DNA of 64,000 bases, from assembly GCF_030684315.1 (NCBI RefSeq), contig NC_081363.1:46097254-46161253 (forward strand). The letters are read 5' to 3'. The notes under the pieces are model-generated. The model was not told where the DNA came from. It made no database searches and worked only from the letters and a program-made list of their open reading frames with translations. Shown piece by piece: positions 1 to 32,472 of this stretch. The position numbers and the translations under genes are program-made. How positions within the stretch are numbered: position 1 is the stretch's first letter; each line of letters opens with the position of its first letter. Origin of the DNA: Stegostoma tigrinum (lineage: Eukaryota).

Positions 1-263
1 TGGGAGCATAGGTAATTCTAACACGCTTAGAAGCATTTGGTAATTTGAGGGCCTCAGCAAAGCGACTAGGAGCTGGCTTCAAGAAGCTGAAGCTGCCAGG
101 CTTCCTGCATGACATAGGTAAAATACTAACAGTGGCAGATGAGCGTGTTTACTCACAACTTAAGGGCCTCAATAGGCCCAAGGTTGGGCAGGGGACCTGA
201 CACCCTGAAAATCTCAGATCGGTGTGGGGGTGAGTGGGTAAATGACAGAAATGCCACCGACTC

Positions 264-376
264 AGTGATAGTAAGAACTGCCGATGCTATGGTCAGAGAT
301 AACACAGTGTGGAGCTGAAGGAACAGCATCAAAGGAGCAGAAAAGCTGACGTTTTGGGTCGGGACCCCTCTTCAGA
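264..376 (-). mobile_element. Single-arm remnant of the Penelope-derived family
   Basis: Similar to the family end (GATAGTAAGAACTGCCGATGCT...AAAGCTGACGTTTTGGGTC..ACCCCTCTTCAG). Confidence 0.7.
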
Positions 377-599
377 TTGCTGTGTTAAGGCCACCTACTG
401 GACTTCACATGCCCCTGCATCTCCACCTTCAAACATGCCAACTGGGCTAGTGTGAAAAAGCCCAATGACTTGTCAAGGCATCTCAGGCAACAAATCACTT
501 GAATGTCACCAGGACAAGAAAGAAGGAACCTGTTAATCCACCGCAAGTGTTCAATGTTTGTAACCTGAAGGGTCGCTCAATTATGGCTAAGAGGCTGCT

Positions 600-1485
600 T
601 GAAATCGTATGAAGTTGGGGACCAAATGTAATACTTCCAAATTTGTTGATGAGGCAAAGCTACATAGGAATGTGGATCGGAATGAAGATTTTATGTTGGC
701 TTCAGGAGGATTTAGACAGGCTTTGCAAACTGACAAGAACTTGGCAGATAGAATTTAGTAGGGAAAATCCACTTCAACGTAAGAAAAAAAATTCAGAGAA
801 TTGCTTAAATTGTAAGAACTTGGAAAGTATAGATGCATAAGGTGCCTTTGTCAATATCACTGAAGGCTAACATGCAAGTTGAGTAAGCAATTAAGTAGTA
901 AATAGATTGGAAAACATTCTTGCTAGCGGCTTTGACTACAGGAGTAGTGTGTTCTTACTTTTATTATATAGAGCTTGGTTAGACTGCATCTGAAATATGA
1001 TTTGAGGGAGTGCATGAACGTTCATCAGACTTTCTTCCCACAATGGTAGGACTGTCCTACGGAGAAAAGTTTGGAAAACTGAGCCTTTATTCACTGGGGT
1101 TTCGAACAATGAGAGGTGATCTCATTGAAACCTACAAAATACTGGGGACTAACAAATTAGATGCAGGTAACATGTTTTCCCTAATAGAATGTTTTCGAAC
1201 TGGGGATATAATTTAAAAGATAAGAGGATATACTACTTAGGTCAGAAATTAGGACTTTTTTTCTTAAACTGAGATGATTGTGAACCTTTGGAATTCTCTA
1301 CCAAGAGGACTGTGGGAGCTTAGTCTTTTAGTATGTTTAAGATAGTATTCAGAAACCTATCAATTTCTAAGGGCTCACAAGGTTATGGGAATAGGGTGGC
1401 TAAAAGGCATTGAAATGCTCTTATGATTATCTTGAATAGTGGAGCAGGCTTACTATGCTGAATGACCTACTTCTCTTCCTATGTA
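600..1485 (+). mobile_element. Degenerate CR1 LINE 3' fragment
   Basis: LQEDLDRL..W..W and LGLYSL..MRGDLIETYKIL motifs, plus a CR1-type 3' UTR. Confidence 0.85.
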
Positions 1486-3247
1486 CCATTATTAGCATGT
1501 CCAGGTATATCCAATATTCCCAGAATAATAATATTTTCATTAGATTTGCTAAAACATGCATTTGTAAATTAGTTTTTTAAAACCAATTTATGTGATAATT
1601 CAGCTGAAAACAGCCTTTGAACTACTTCTAATTCTTCCTTCAACAGTATGATTGTGATTGTAGTGTAAAGAACATGTCCTTGTATTTTTCTGCATTTTTA
1701 AATGGTGAACAGAAAAAAGAAAAGAACTTAAAAACCAAGGATTGCTGCAGTTTAGAAGGCAAGGAACTCAACTCTCATCATAAGCATCATTTATACTGCT
1801 GATTATTCAAGCAGAAATTGAATTGTACTTTGTAGACAAACTGGCGCTGAAGGGTTGCATGCAAATGGAGAGTTAGTTGGCAATAAGAAGCTGAGTAGCC
1901 TATGATAACTGACCACTAGACCAATGACAAAGTCCTTTTTGTTTTGCACAACTATGCAATTGGTTCTCAGGTAGCTGAGAGAATAAGAGAGAGAAGCCTT
2001 CAGACCTCCACCAGATCAGAACCTCTTTCTGTTCTCTGCAGTAAAATCTACTTTAATCCAAAAGTAAACCAGTGTATTTTTCCTTTAGAAGTTTCTATAA
2101 GCTGTGACTTAATTAATAAAAGAAACCTTTTATAAGTGCAAACTTGTCCTCTGTATCTCTTGCAAACCAGCAACAGCCTCCAGCTTTTGAAGACCAGGAA
2201 GACTAAGAAACAGCATTCTGATCATCAGAAGAGTCATCTGAGCAGATTCTGTGAACTTTCCCAGTTTTCCCTCCATCCATAACACCTATGTTTTGTTTTC
2301 CTGGTTTGCCTGTAAACAAACTTGGAAGTTGTTTACATGTAGCTACTCTCTAATTATTTGTGATAAATAATTAATTTTGTTAGGTACAGGCATCTGGTCT
2401 GTGTCTTCTGTCAACCTGGATCTAAAAGGAAATCCTGTATCCTTTTTAAAATCTTTTAACTTTTGTGACGACAGAATATAGTGGAGCTGAAGTTCCAGCA
2501 TACTAAATCACAGAGGCATGACAATATTTTACCATACAAAAACAATTTCTGATTCAAATCATTACATAGATAAACTGAGACTGAAAACCTATTGAAAAAC
2601 AATTGAGCAAGCAACTAAACAGTAAAGTACACTTTGTTTTTAATTAAAGTAGTGAATGCACCTTGTTTGTAGGTTTGTTGATCGTCCAGTTTGAATTGGG
2701 TTTGCCGATCTCAATGGCAGCAACATTTTGGGTTTTTGGGTGCGAATGGCAATTATTACCCATCCCTAATTTCCCTTGAACTGACCAGCTTACTCAGATA
2801 CTGCAGAGGGCAGTCAACAGTTATCCGCATTGCTGTGCTTCTTAATCCAGCATGGATATCAGATAAATGAGCCAAACAGAATTTTAAAGCAATTAATTAT
2901 AGTTTAATTTTATGACTTATTAATTAAATTCAAGTTCCCCCAACTTCATTGATAAGATTTGGCCCCATGTTCCCAGTGCCATTAACATGACCCTCTGAAT
3001 TATTATTCTGACAACTAATCATTAAGTTAGCACTTCCTATTACATTACAATCAGCTTTTGAGGAAGGAAATGAAAATTATTTTTCAATTCATAAACCTAG
3101 CAAGTTACAGGAATTATTACTTTTTTAGGTCAACTAAGTGCACCCATACCCAGTTAATCTAATTTGCCCATTAGAAGGTGTGTTTGAAATGATTGAAGGC
3201 TGGGCAAATATATCATTTTGATACAACCAGAAATCATTTACAGTGTG

Positions 3248-3467
3248 CGATAACAAAGTGTGGAGCTGGATGAACACAGCAGGCCAAGCAGCATCTCAGG
3301 AGCACAAAAGCTGACATTTCGGGCATAGACCCTTCATCAGAGCTGAAGGGTCTAGGCCTGAAACGTAAGCTTTTGTGCTCCTAAGATGCTGCTTGGCCTG
3401 CTGTGTTCATCCAGCTTCACATTTGTTATCTCAAATTCTCCAGCATCTGCAGTTCCCATTATCTCTG
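3248..3467. mobile_element. Short fold-back Penelope-derived element
   Basis: About 90 bp inverted arms centred near 3341 plus a one-sided tail. TSD ATCATTTACAGTGTG (3233) / ATCATCTAGAGTGTG (3468). Confidence 0.85.
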
Positions 3468-4710
3468 ATCATCTAGAGTGTGGCTTTTCATTGTAGCACT
3501 AGTAGCAAAAATCTAATTTTAAAGCATCAAACTTTACAGAATCATAGAATCATCACTGCACAGAAGATTAACTATTTGACCAGTTATGTCCATGCTGGTT
3601 CTTTGCAGTAGCAACTCAGCTCATCACACTCCCTCTAAGAAAAGTTAGATCTGAAACGTTCCATAGATGCTGCTCGGTATGCTGACTGTTTCCAGTATTT
3701 CCTGTTTTATTTGAATCTTGTGCTCTGTTGCTCAGTGAACCATTATAGTGTATGCTGTGGTACTGAATCAAACTACAAATAGTAAGTTTCAGTTGATGCA
3801 GCACCAATTTCTAAATCTGGCCATAATGTTTGGAGGAGGAAGAGAAGTAACATTTTGTGCACTTTTTGATGCAAATTTAGGATTGAGAAGCAAGTTGTTT
3901 TAAACTAATGTTCATATTGTAGTGCAAATCTAGAATCAGGGCTCTGCTTTAATGCCTTCAAGGACTTGCATATATATTATGCCCATAATTCAATAAAACA
4001 TTTCAATAATCAAAGAAAAATAATGCTGATCTCTGGCATCTACACTAAAAACAAAGTGAATGCAACAGATTTGGCCACATTTGTGGAGAGAGAAACACAG
4101 TTGATGTTTGAATCCAGTATACACTTTCCAAATGGAGGAGGCTGGCAGAACAGCATCATTTTTACACACTTTCTGTTTTTATTATGAAACATCTCACAGA
4201 ATGTCATGGGAGTGATTATCAGACAAAAGTTGTCACCAGGTAACCTTAAAAAGCATTAGGAATTGCTTGGTCAGAGGTAGAGGCTAAAGGAGGGGAAGAG
4301 GGAAGTGAAGAGATTTGGACAGGGAATGGGTAGTTCAAGGTATCATTTTCTCAGGACACATAAAAGTAAGGCTCATTGGCAGAGAAAGGGCAGTACCAAC
4401 AAATTACAATTGGGCATTGCATGAAATACAACTTCAATCCAACATCAAGTCAAATATAAAAATGCACGGTGGTGTTTTGAATCTTTGAGACTCTTCCTAC
4501 CCCTATCACTAGGTAACTATATTCATCCTACTAAACACAGAATCTAACTGGTGCTCTGTAGTTTGCACATCACTGCACCATCTGGAATATGGGTTCCAGT
4601 CAATAGTTAAACTGGGCAAAGCCTGGCCAGAATCAAGACTACAGCTAATGGAGTGAGGTTTAGTTAAGGATCTGGGTCATGATCACAATCCAGTATCCCA
4701 TACTAAACAG

Positions 4711-4892
4711 AGATAACAAGGTGTAGAGCTGGATGAACACAGCAGGCCAAGCAGCATCTGAGAAGCAGATTTCGGGCGGTCTAGGCCTGAAAGGTCAGCT
4801 TTCCTGCTCCTCTGATGCTGCTTGGCCTGCTGTGTTCGTCTGGCTCTACACCTTGTTATCTCAGGTTCTGCTTCTGCAGTTCCTACTATCTC
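4711..4892. mobile_element. Short fold-back Penelope-derived element (second subfamily)
   Basis: Inverted arms AGATAACAAGGTGTAGAGC...GCTCTACACCTTGTTATCT. TSD TCCCATACTAAACAG (4696) / TCCCATCCTAAACAG (4893). Confidence 0.85.
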
Positions 4893-5249
4893 TCCCATCC
4901 TAAACAGGTCCGGATGTGTGACGTTCACAGATATAACTGGTGATGCCTCTTCAGCAGTTAAAATGTTCTGAACACTCACCAGGTTCTCCTTACCCAAGCA
5001 GCTAGTAACTTCAGAAGAAATGGACAGAAAAATGACAAAAGTTCTGCATACAAGTTCAGTTGGATATCTGCAATCCTACGGGTAGGGATGAAACTTTCTA
5101 ACTTGGTTTTGTGACTCATTGATTTCAACGTACATAGGGAATTTTATGAACAAAAGGAAATGTAATTTCACCCAACATGGTTGGAACTGTGTTTGTCAAT
5201 ATGTTGATGTCCTCACACATACAGACACACCCTTACATTACTAACCCAA

Positions 5250-6130
5250 GTTGTGGTTACACGCGGGAAGCCTGTGATTAGAGCTTGGCCCTGACTCTGA
5301 CCCCAATGTATTAGCTTGCTCACATATCGCACTGCCTACGTGCTCAATCAACCGTTCCCATCCCAAAAAGAGGGGCGAGCTGGTTTCTTGCACGAAGCAA
5401 CATCACCGCGGTCCAAACTTAGAAACCAGCATCGAGCATAAAACAAAGTGGCCTCGCACTGCACCAAATATATACCGATTTAGCACGTCTATTTGGGGAC
5501 ATCTCTAGAGCAACAACGTTCAAAACCGTTCTCATAAATGTGGTGTGGGGTGTAAATCTCTACACAAGCAACAAAGTAATTATGTTTCACACACTTCAGA
5601 AAAACCCTCACATATTCGCATGAAATTATCATCAAAGATCCATCGTTTGTTACCTGATAGGAACATTTTTGGTCATCCACCTGCCTTTTTGAAGTATGAT
5701 GCTCCTTACACCGGGCTGAAAATACACAATAAAGCAGCAAAAGGACCCGTGTCAACATGATAAGAAATGCTTAATCTCGCCTAATACGGTCAAACAAACC
5801 GCTTCAATCCAAATGCTGGAAAAAAAAATAAATGCCAACGCGAACCAGCAACTGGGAGTGAACAAACTCGACTCATTGAAAGTTTGCTGGTAGAAGTTCC
5901 ACCTCCTGGTAAATTTCACAATACTTCCTGGTCTGATGTGCAACACCAAACTCGCACGTCCCGAGACGCTACCAAACACCTCCGGTGGTGTAGTTGTTCG
6001 ATTTGCCGTTTGTTACCATGCGCCTGAGACACTGTACAGAATCAGATCAGTGGAGGGACAACTTCCTCTCAGTGTTGAGAGGACGTGGATTACGTGCTCG
6101 TTCGCTTCCATTTAGAGGAATTAGATTCTG
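5250..6130. promoter_or_regulatory. CpG-rich promoter region of the minus-strand gene (ERO1A), with an ACGTG (HRE/UPRE-like) cluster
   Basis: Local CpG enrichment against a CpG-depleted background. ACGTG/CACGT cores at 5338, 5484, 5955, 6083 and 6092. Confidence 0.6.
5654..5758 (-). CDS. ERO1A: Probable first coding exon of ERO1-like protein alpha (signal peptide); the rest of the gene was not found in 1-5653 and probably lies left of the window
   Basis: ATG at 5758 gives MLTRVLLLLYCVFSARCKEHHTSKRQVDDQKCSYQ, then a phase-0 donor CAG|GTAACA. The hydrophobic leader and QxCxxQ| end resemble the human ERO1A exon 1 end (AQRCFCQ|V). It lies in a CpG-rich patch, head-to-head with PSMC6 as in human synteny. 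Confidence 0.65.
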
Positions 6131-7594
6131 CTGGCAAGGGAGGGATCTTTGCTTGTGTTTTATTTATTTAAAGATATACAATCTGATGTCACACCTGTGT
6201 TACACCGTCCTATACAGAAAATAGCCTTTCTCATGGCATGACAAATGAGTATTTTATCGTGTCACTAACCCCATTTCCGCCTTGGACAAAATTGATTGAC
6301 CTCCAACGAATGACGTTGAAATCAACTTTGTTGGCACAGCCAGCATGACAACATGCTTGTTCTCAAATTAGTAGATTGTGTTTTGCGACAATATTTCTTT
6401 AAATACAGGACTTCAGGTTATTCTTTCACCAAAGAGTTTAACAGAATCGAGAATTTTCACTCTGGGAAGAGCCACATATAGATGCCAAAGTTTAACAACA
6501 GTCACAGGGTTACAATGCAATTTTTTAAACAATCAGGCCTTCTGATTAGTTTATAATCATGAAACGTGGAAGTCTGACCGGGAACTATTTTCTGTAGAGT
6601 AGAAAAGGTGGGTTTACTTGAAAAGGATTCGATATTAATTAAGGAATAAACATTCTATTTATTTCCTTGAAATCTTAACTACAATAATTTCAGCATCTAT
6701 TACTAAAGAAAATTGTTGAGGGGAATATGGGTCAGGATGGCTAAGTTGGCATTTATTGCTCTTTCCTAATTGCCCAGAGGGCAGTTAAGAATCAATTAGG
6801 TTTAAATGGATCTGGAGTCACATGTAGACAAGACCAGCAAAAGATGACAAACATCCTCCCCAAAAGGACATCAGGGGATATTTTTAACTTTAGTCATGTT
6901 CCAAGACAGTATCACTATTTAGACTCAAATTATGGGCAACATTTTTGCAGCTGTTACTTTGACTTTAACTCTGCAGGATCTAGATGTTATCATCTTCTTT
7001 GTCTACAGCATAATTGATAACATATTCTTTTAATTCACTTGCCAGCTGCTCTTAAACTTCTTCATTCAGTTGTAATGAGTCTTCGTATTTTATCTTACAC
7101 AACAAAGAATAAAGTTGTAATAAATAATTGTTTCTGTAATTTTGCTACATTTAATCTATAATCTCCATCAGGCTGGGACAGATAGACCAGACAACTATCT
7201 ACCAATGAGTCTGACATCAATGGTTGGTAAAATATTGTAGAAAAGAGTGACGGAGAGAATTAATCTCCATTTTGAGAGGCATGGTTTGTTAAGGGAGAGT
7301 CAGCATGACTTTGTCAGAGGGACATCATGCCTAACAAATCTGGTTGATATTTTTGAGAAGGTGACCAAATGTTTGGATGAGAGTGGGGCAATTGACAGAG
7401 TTTACATGGATTTCAACAAGATCTTTGACAAGGTCTCACATGGGAAACTGATTAAACAAAAAGATAAGAGCTCACAGAATATGGGTAATTTGGTATGTTG
7501 GATCCAAAATTGGCTTAGTGACAGGAGAAGGGGGTAGTGGTAGGAGACTGTTTGTGTGACTGGAGCCCAGTATACAGTAGCATAACATTTACAT

Positions 7595-7760
7595 CAGTCA
7601 TCTACAATCCCTACAGTGCAGATGAAGGCCATTAAACCCATTGAGTCTGCACTGACGTTTTGAAGAGCATCCCACCCAAACCCATACCACACGCTCTCGC
7701 CATAATCTTGCATTTATCATGGCTAATCACCTAACCTACACATCCCTGGACACTATGAGA
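7595..7760 (-). mobile_element. HE1-like SINE 3' fragment
   Basis: AATCCCTACAGTGCAGATGAAGGCCATT...CTAACCTACACATCCCTGGACACT, matching the copy near 38000. Confidence 0.6.
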
Positions 7761-8069
7761 TATTAAAAACATCAGAGAATAGCTGAAAACAAGAGAAGAC
7801 ATAACTTAAAATATGAGCAAAAGCTGGCTAGAAAATAAAAACAAAAAGAGTTTTTATAGGTATTTTAGAAGGAAGGAAGTAACCAACATGAGCTTTAGTC
7901 CTCTAGAAAATGAGTCTGGCTAATTAACAATGTGAGTTATAGAAATGGTGGATGCATTGAAGATAATACTGTCTGTTTTCATACAAGACACAAATAACAT
8001 CCTGGAAATACTCGTAAGTCAACAGTGAAAGGAAGAGATAAACTAAAAACAATTTCAGACTGTACTGTG

Positions 8070-8294
8070 ATAATAAAGTGTGAAGCTGGATGAACACAGC
8101 AAGCCAAGCAGCATCTCAGGAGCACAAAAGCTGATGTTTCGGGCCTAGACCCTTCATCAGACACCCTCTCTGATGAAGAGTCTAAGCCCAAAACGTCAGC
8201 TTTTGTGCTCCTGAGATGCTGCTTGGCCTGCTGTGTTCATCCAGCTTCACACTTTATTATCTTGGATTCTCCAGCATCTGCAGTTCCCATTATC
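8070..8294. mobile_element. Short fold-back Penelope-derived element nested in a CR1
   Basis: Inverted arms 8069-8160 and 8170-8261, 33 bp tail. TSD TCAGACTGTACTGTG (8055) / TCAGCCTGTACTGTG (8295). Confidence 0.87.
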
Positions 8295-9499
8295 TCAGCC
8301 TGTACTGTGCTGTACCTTTCTATGTTCTATGTTCTTAGGAAAAGGATACTAAGAATAATATTAGAATTAAAGGTAGAGAAGATACCAGGACCTGATGAAC
8401 TTCACCCTAAGGTCTTAAAAAGACTAGTTATTGAGATAGTAGATGCATTAGCTTCAATGTCCAAAATTCCCTGTATTCTGGAACTGTCTCATCAGATTGG
8501 AAAATGGCAAATGTATTCAAGATTTTATTCAAGAAAGGAGGGAGAAAGAAATCAAGAAATTATAGGCCAGGTAGTATAAGAGCTGGCAGATGGAAAATGC
8601 CAGAGTCTGTTGTTAAGAAGGTTATAGCAGGGAATTTAGAAATCTTACTATAAGTCAAAATCAACATGGTTTTGTGTAAATGTGTTTGACTAATTTGTCA
8701 GTTATTTAAGGAAGTAATAAGCAACAAAGATAACAGAGAAAATGTCCTTGCAGTGTTTTTGGATTTCCAAAAGGCATTTGATAAGGTTCCCATCAATATT
8801 TATTACACAAATTATGACCTCCAGGTGAGAATAAGCGTAGATCGATCATTTCCAGGTTGGCAAGAAAAAAACAAGTGGAGTTCCACAAGGATCATGCTGG
8901 GGCCTCAACTATTTCTAATTTAAATCAATAGCTTGAATGAGGAGAATAAATGTATGGTTGTTAAATACTGATTACCCAAAGATAGGTGATAAAATAAGTT
9001 GTGAAGAGTCTGCACTTATTATTAACAGATTAAGTGACCGGACAAATGTTTAATAAAGTTTAATGTGGGGAGATTTGAACTTGCCCATTTTGGCAGGAAG
9101 ATTAGGAAAGCAGCATTTGATTTAAATTGAGAGACATTAAAGAATACTATGATGCGGAAAGATATCTTCTACAGTAAGTCACAAAAACCAAGACTGTATT
9201 ACAATACATGATTAAGTTGGCAAATGAATGTTGTTGCTTATTGCAAGGAATTTAAAGTAGGGATATTTTGCTATACGTGTACAGGGCTTTGGTGAGATTA
9301 CATCTGAAATATTGTGTACAGTTTTGGTCTGCTCACTTAACTAAAGATATGTTTACATTCGAAGCATTACAATCTTCTGGAGTGGGAAGGGAAGGACAGC
9401 AGAAAGAGTGGCCAACCTATTTAGGGGTTGGATGTCAAACAACACAAAGCCAGTTGCAGAAAATCTACAGTGAATGTGTGAGGATAGCACAAGACAGAC

Positions 9500-29808
<20,309 letters not shown>

Positions 29809-30195
29809 AATAGCCCACCTTTTTAATCTTAATTGTACAGTTTAAAAGGGTTTAAAAACATATAAACCTTAAATGGGAGAGGAATCTGATGGTGGCTCTG
29901 TCGTGTCATTCATTGCAAGTGTATATCTGTATGCTGCAGACAGTAAGTGACGACTAACTTTCGTGTTCTGCTGCATTATATACGTATCGACTATTTTTAT
30001 GCCATAGTTTAGCTGTTGAAAAAATATTGTGTTGAAAATGATTTTGAAAAGCAAGTGTTAGCACCGAGACAGGTTTGTCTTAACAGTGTGATGTATTCTC
30101 TTGTATACAAATGACACTTGAAGCCTTTGTGGTGTGATGGTCACAATACAAGTTTATAGGTTTTTGATGAATTTGATTCATTTTCCCTAGGCCTC

Positions 30196-30201
30196 AATAA
30201 A
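30196..30201 (+). terminator. Probable PSMC6 polyadenylation signal
   Basis: First AATAAA after the stop codon (about 390 nt downstream), followed by U/GU-rich sequence. Confidence 0.6.
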
Positions 30202-31239
30202 ATTTAAATTTACAAGAATATGACCAGTTATTTGTTGAATATTTATATAACACTTGCAGATCTCCTGTGGCATTTTCATGATGAATCAAGTTTTATAAAG
30301 GCGTATTTTGTTAGCATTAATGGAGGGCAATGATTTATCAACATTGGAAACCGACCTCTGGGAAGAGAATCTAGGATTGGTATGACAAAGTGTAAAAGTG
30401 GACACTGGTGTTGTAGAATTTGAGATATGCCCCTAAAAGGACTTGAGTAGACCAGTTGCCCTTTAGTGTACTGTTAAAATGTTGGTCAACTTATACAGTA
30501 TTTAATAGCAATAAGTTTCCAAAAGAAACATGAAAGATTTTCATTTCATAATTACTCAGTTTCTAGGCTTTTGTACAAAGATTTCATTTAGCCTGATCAC
30601 TTATTCTGAAGACAGTGTGTGTTTTAGCTAAATGTGTAAGCAGAATAGAAATGAGTGATTATAAAAGAAAGATAAACAGTTTTCTGTGAATAAAGAAATT
30701 ATGATAATTGCTAATGATGACATGTTGTCTTGGTTTTTAAATTTACAACAGCATTAAATAAATATAATCAATTGTCTGAAATTAAAGCTTTGAGAATTAA
30801 ATGTCAATGTTAATTTGAAGTCTTCGACACAATCAAATTTTCACAGGGTGAGAGGGCATGCCCTTCTATGTGTCAGCATTTGCTGATGCACAACTTTTGC
30901 AATCAAAGACTTTAAAGTGCATAAACAAATATATATATATATATGTATAGTGAAAAAAATCTGTCTCATTGTTGAGGTAATGAAAAATTTCAGTAATGCC
31001 CAGCTTGTTAAGATTGGTGAAGCCTTAAAGTAAAAGTTTATAGGTCAAAGATATTAAAAAGTCACTCGAAGTATTATTACACAGATTTTGTTTAAACTTT
31101 TTCTGGATTCTTAATTCAAAATACAAATGAATTTTTTTTAAAAATCTGTTACGATTTGTTTGAATCATACTTCCTAGTAGAAATATTTAATTTTTAATTA
31201 TACCCGGTGTGAAGGATAAGAATTCACACAAACTGGTTG

Positions 31240-32060
31240 TATGAACATATGAAATAGATATGGAAGTAAACTATTTAGCCCTTCAGTAGAAACCAAAAGA
31301 ACTGCGGATGCTGTAAATCAGGAACAAAACAAAGTTGCTGGAAAAAACTCAGCAGGTCTAGCGGCATCTGTGAAGGAAAGAAACAGCTAACGTTTCAGGT
31401 CCAGTGATCCTTCCTCAGAACAGGTCACCTGACCCAAAACATTAACTCTGATTTTTCCTTCACGGATGCCACCAGACCTGCTGAGCTTTTCCAACAACTT
31501 CATTTTCATTCAGCCCTTCAAGCCTGCTCCGGAACTCAATGAGATTATGACTAATTTGTTTCAAATTCCACATTCCCATTACCTTCTGAAAAGCTTTGAT
31601 TCCATTGCCTAACTAGAATCTATTTATTTCTTAAAAAGTATTTAATGACATGGTCTCACTACTTTCTGAGGTGGAGAAATCCAAAGTGTCTCAGCCTTAT
31701 GAAAATGTTTCTCCGCTCTGCCCCGAAGAGGTAACCACTAATTTTTAAATAGTGCCCGCTAATCCTTTACTGACCAATAAGAGAAATACCCTTTCCTTGT
31801 CCACCTTGTCAAGACCATTTGATACATTTTAATCAAGTCACGCTCATTCTAAATTTCAGTGGAAAGGAGCCCATCTATTAAACCTATTCAAGACAACCCA
31901 CTCATTCCAAGAACATCATTTTTATGTTTGATGCCTCTTATAAATAAAGAAGGACATCCTGTTTGTCAGTTTGATTGTGTACTGTACCTACAGACTAATC
32001 TTTTGTAATCCCTGCACTAGAACACTAAATCCTTCCATACCTTTGGAATTCCATAATCAA
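31240..32060 (-). mobile_element. Degenerate CR1 3' fragment (hosts the 31286 element)
   Basis: Reverse-complement CR1 tail (GAACATATGAA..AGCCCTTCAAGCCTGCTCC). Confidence 0.6.
31286..31507. mobile_element. Fold-back Penelope-derived element (third, diverged subfamily)
   Basis: Inverted arms AAGTTGCTGGAAAA..CTCAGCAGGTCT / AGACCTGCTGAGCTTTTCCAACAACTT. Minus-strand CTGAGGAA..GAAACGTT motif. TSD ATTTAGCCCTTCA (31273) / ATTCAGCCCTTCA (31508). Confidence 0.78.
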
Positions 32061-32332
32061 TGTAAGTAGTAATTGGGCCTAATCATCTGTTTTTAGTTTG
32101 CAATTTCTAAATATTCTCTAAAGCTAGTGAATAGGATTACAAGATTCACTGTTTCTAGGAATCAACATAGGGTAAGTTACAATCTCCACATTTCTTGTCT
32201 GTGTCCTTAAATATATTTTAGGAAAACCTGTTACTGGCTTTCCAAAAGAAACAATACATTACCTGCTAATTTTGTGTAATTTTAAAAGTAACCACGACTC
32301 AGTTCAAATAAATAACTAAACTAATTCTTGTG

Positions 32333-32472
32333 ATAATGGGAACTGCAGATGCTGGAGAATCCAAGATAATAAAATGTGAGCTCTCTGATGGAGGGTCTAG
32401 GCCCGAAACGTCAGCTTTTGTGCTCCTGAGATGCTGCTTGGCCTGCTGTGTTCATCCAGCCTCACGTTTTGT
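32333..32472. mobile_element. Internally deleted fold-back Penelope-derived element, tail on the left
   Basis: Same family sequence. Perfect 16 bp TSD TAAACTAATTCTTGTG at 32317-32332 and 32473-32488. Confidence 0.85.

Larger units (their letters stand above)
7170..9370 (+). mobile_element. CR1 LINE ORF2 fragments between the ERO1A and PSMC6 promoters, interrupted by a SINE and a PLE
   Basis: QHDFVRGTSCLTNL, VYMDFNKIFDKVSH, PGPDELHPKVLK and LYRALVRLHLKYCVQFWS motifs. Confidence 0.85.

Noticed and set aside
1591-2523. Possible solo LTR (TG...CA); a similar impression at about 25090-25865
   Set aside because: No matching TSD and no second copy in the window. A repeat-library search is needed.
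2533-2588. Minus-strand AG...GT-bounded 56 nt segment as ERO1A exon 2
   Set aside because: It has an in-frame stop in phase 0 and no similarity to VSGYLDDC.
29895-29955. Hairpin in the PSMC6 3' UTR (GTCGT..ACGAC)
   Set aside because: The stem is short and bulged, with no SECIS, IRE or miRNA features.
32385-32412. Hammerhead in the 32333 copy as an active ribozyme
   Set aside because: The core reads CUGAUGG rather than CUGAUGA. Most other short copies also carry core mutations, so only the 15385 and 16325 pair is called intact.
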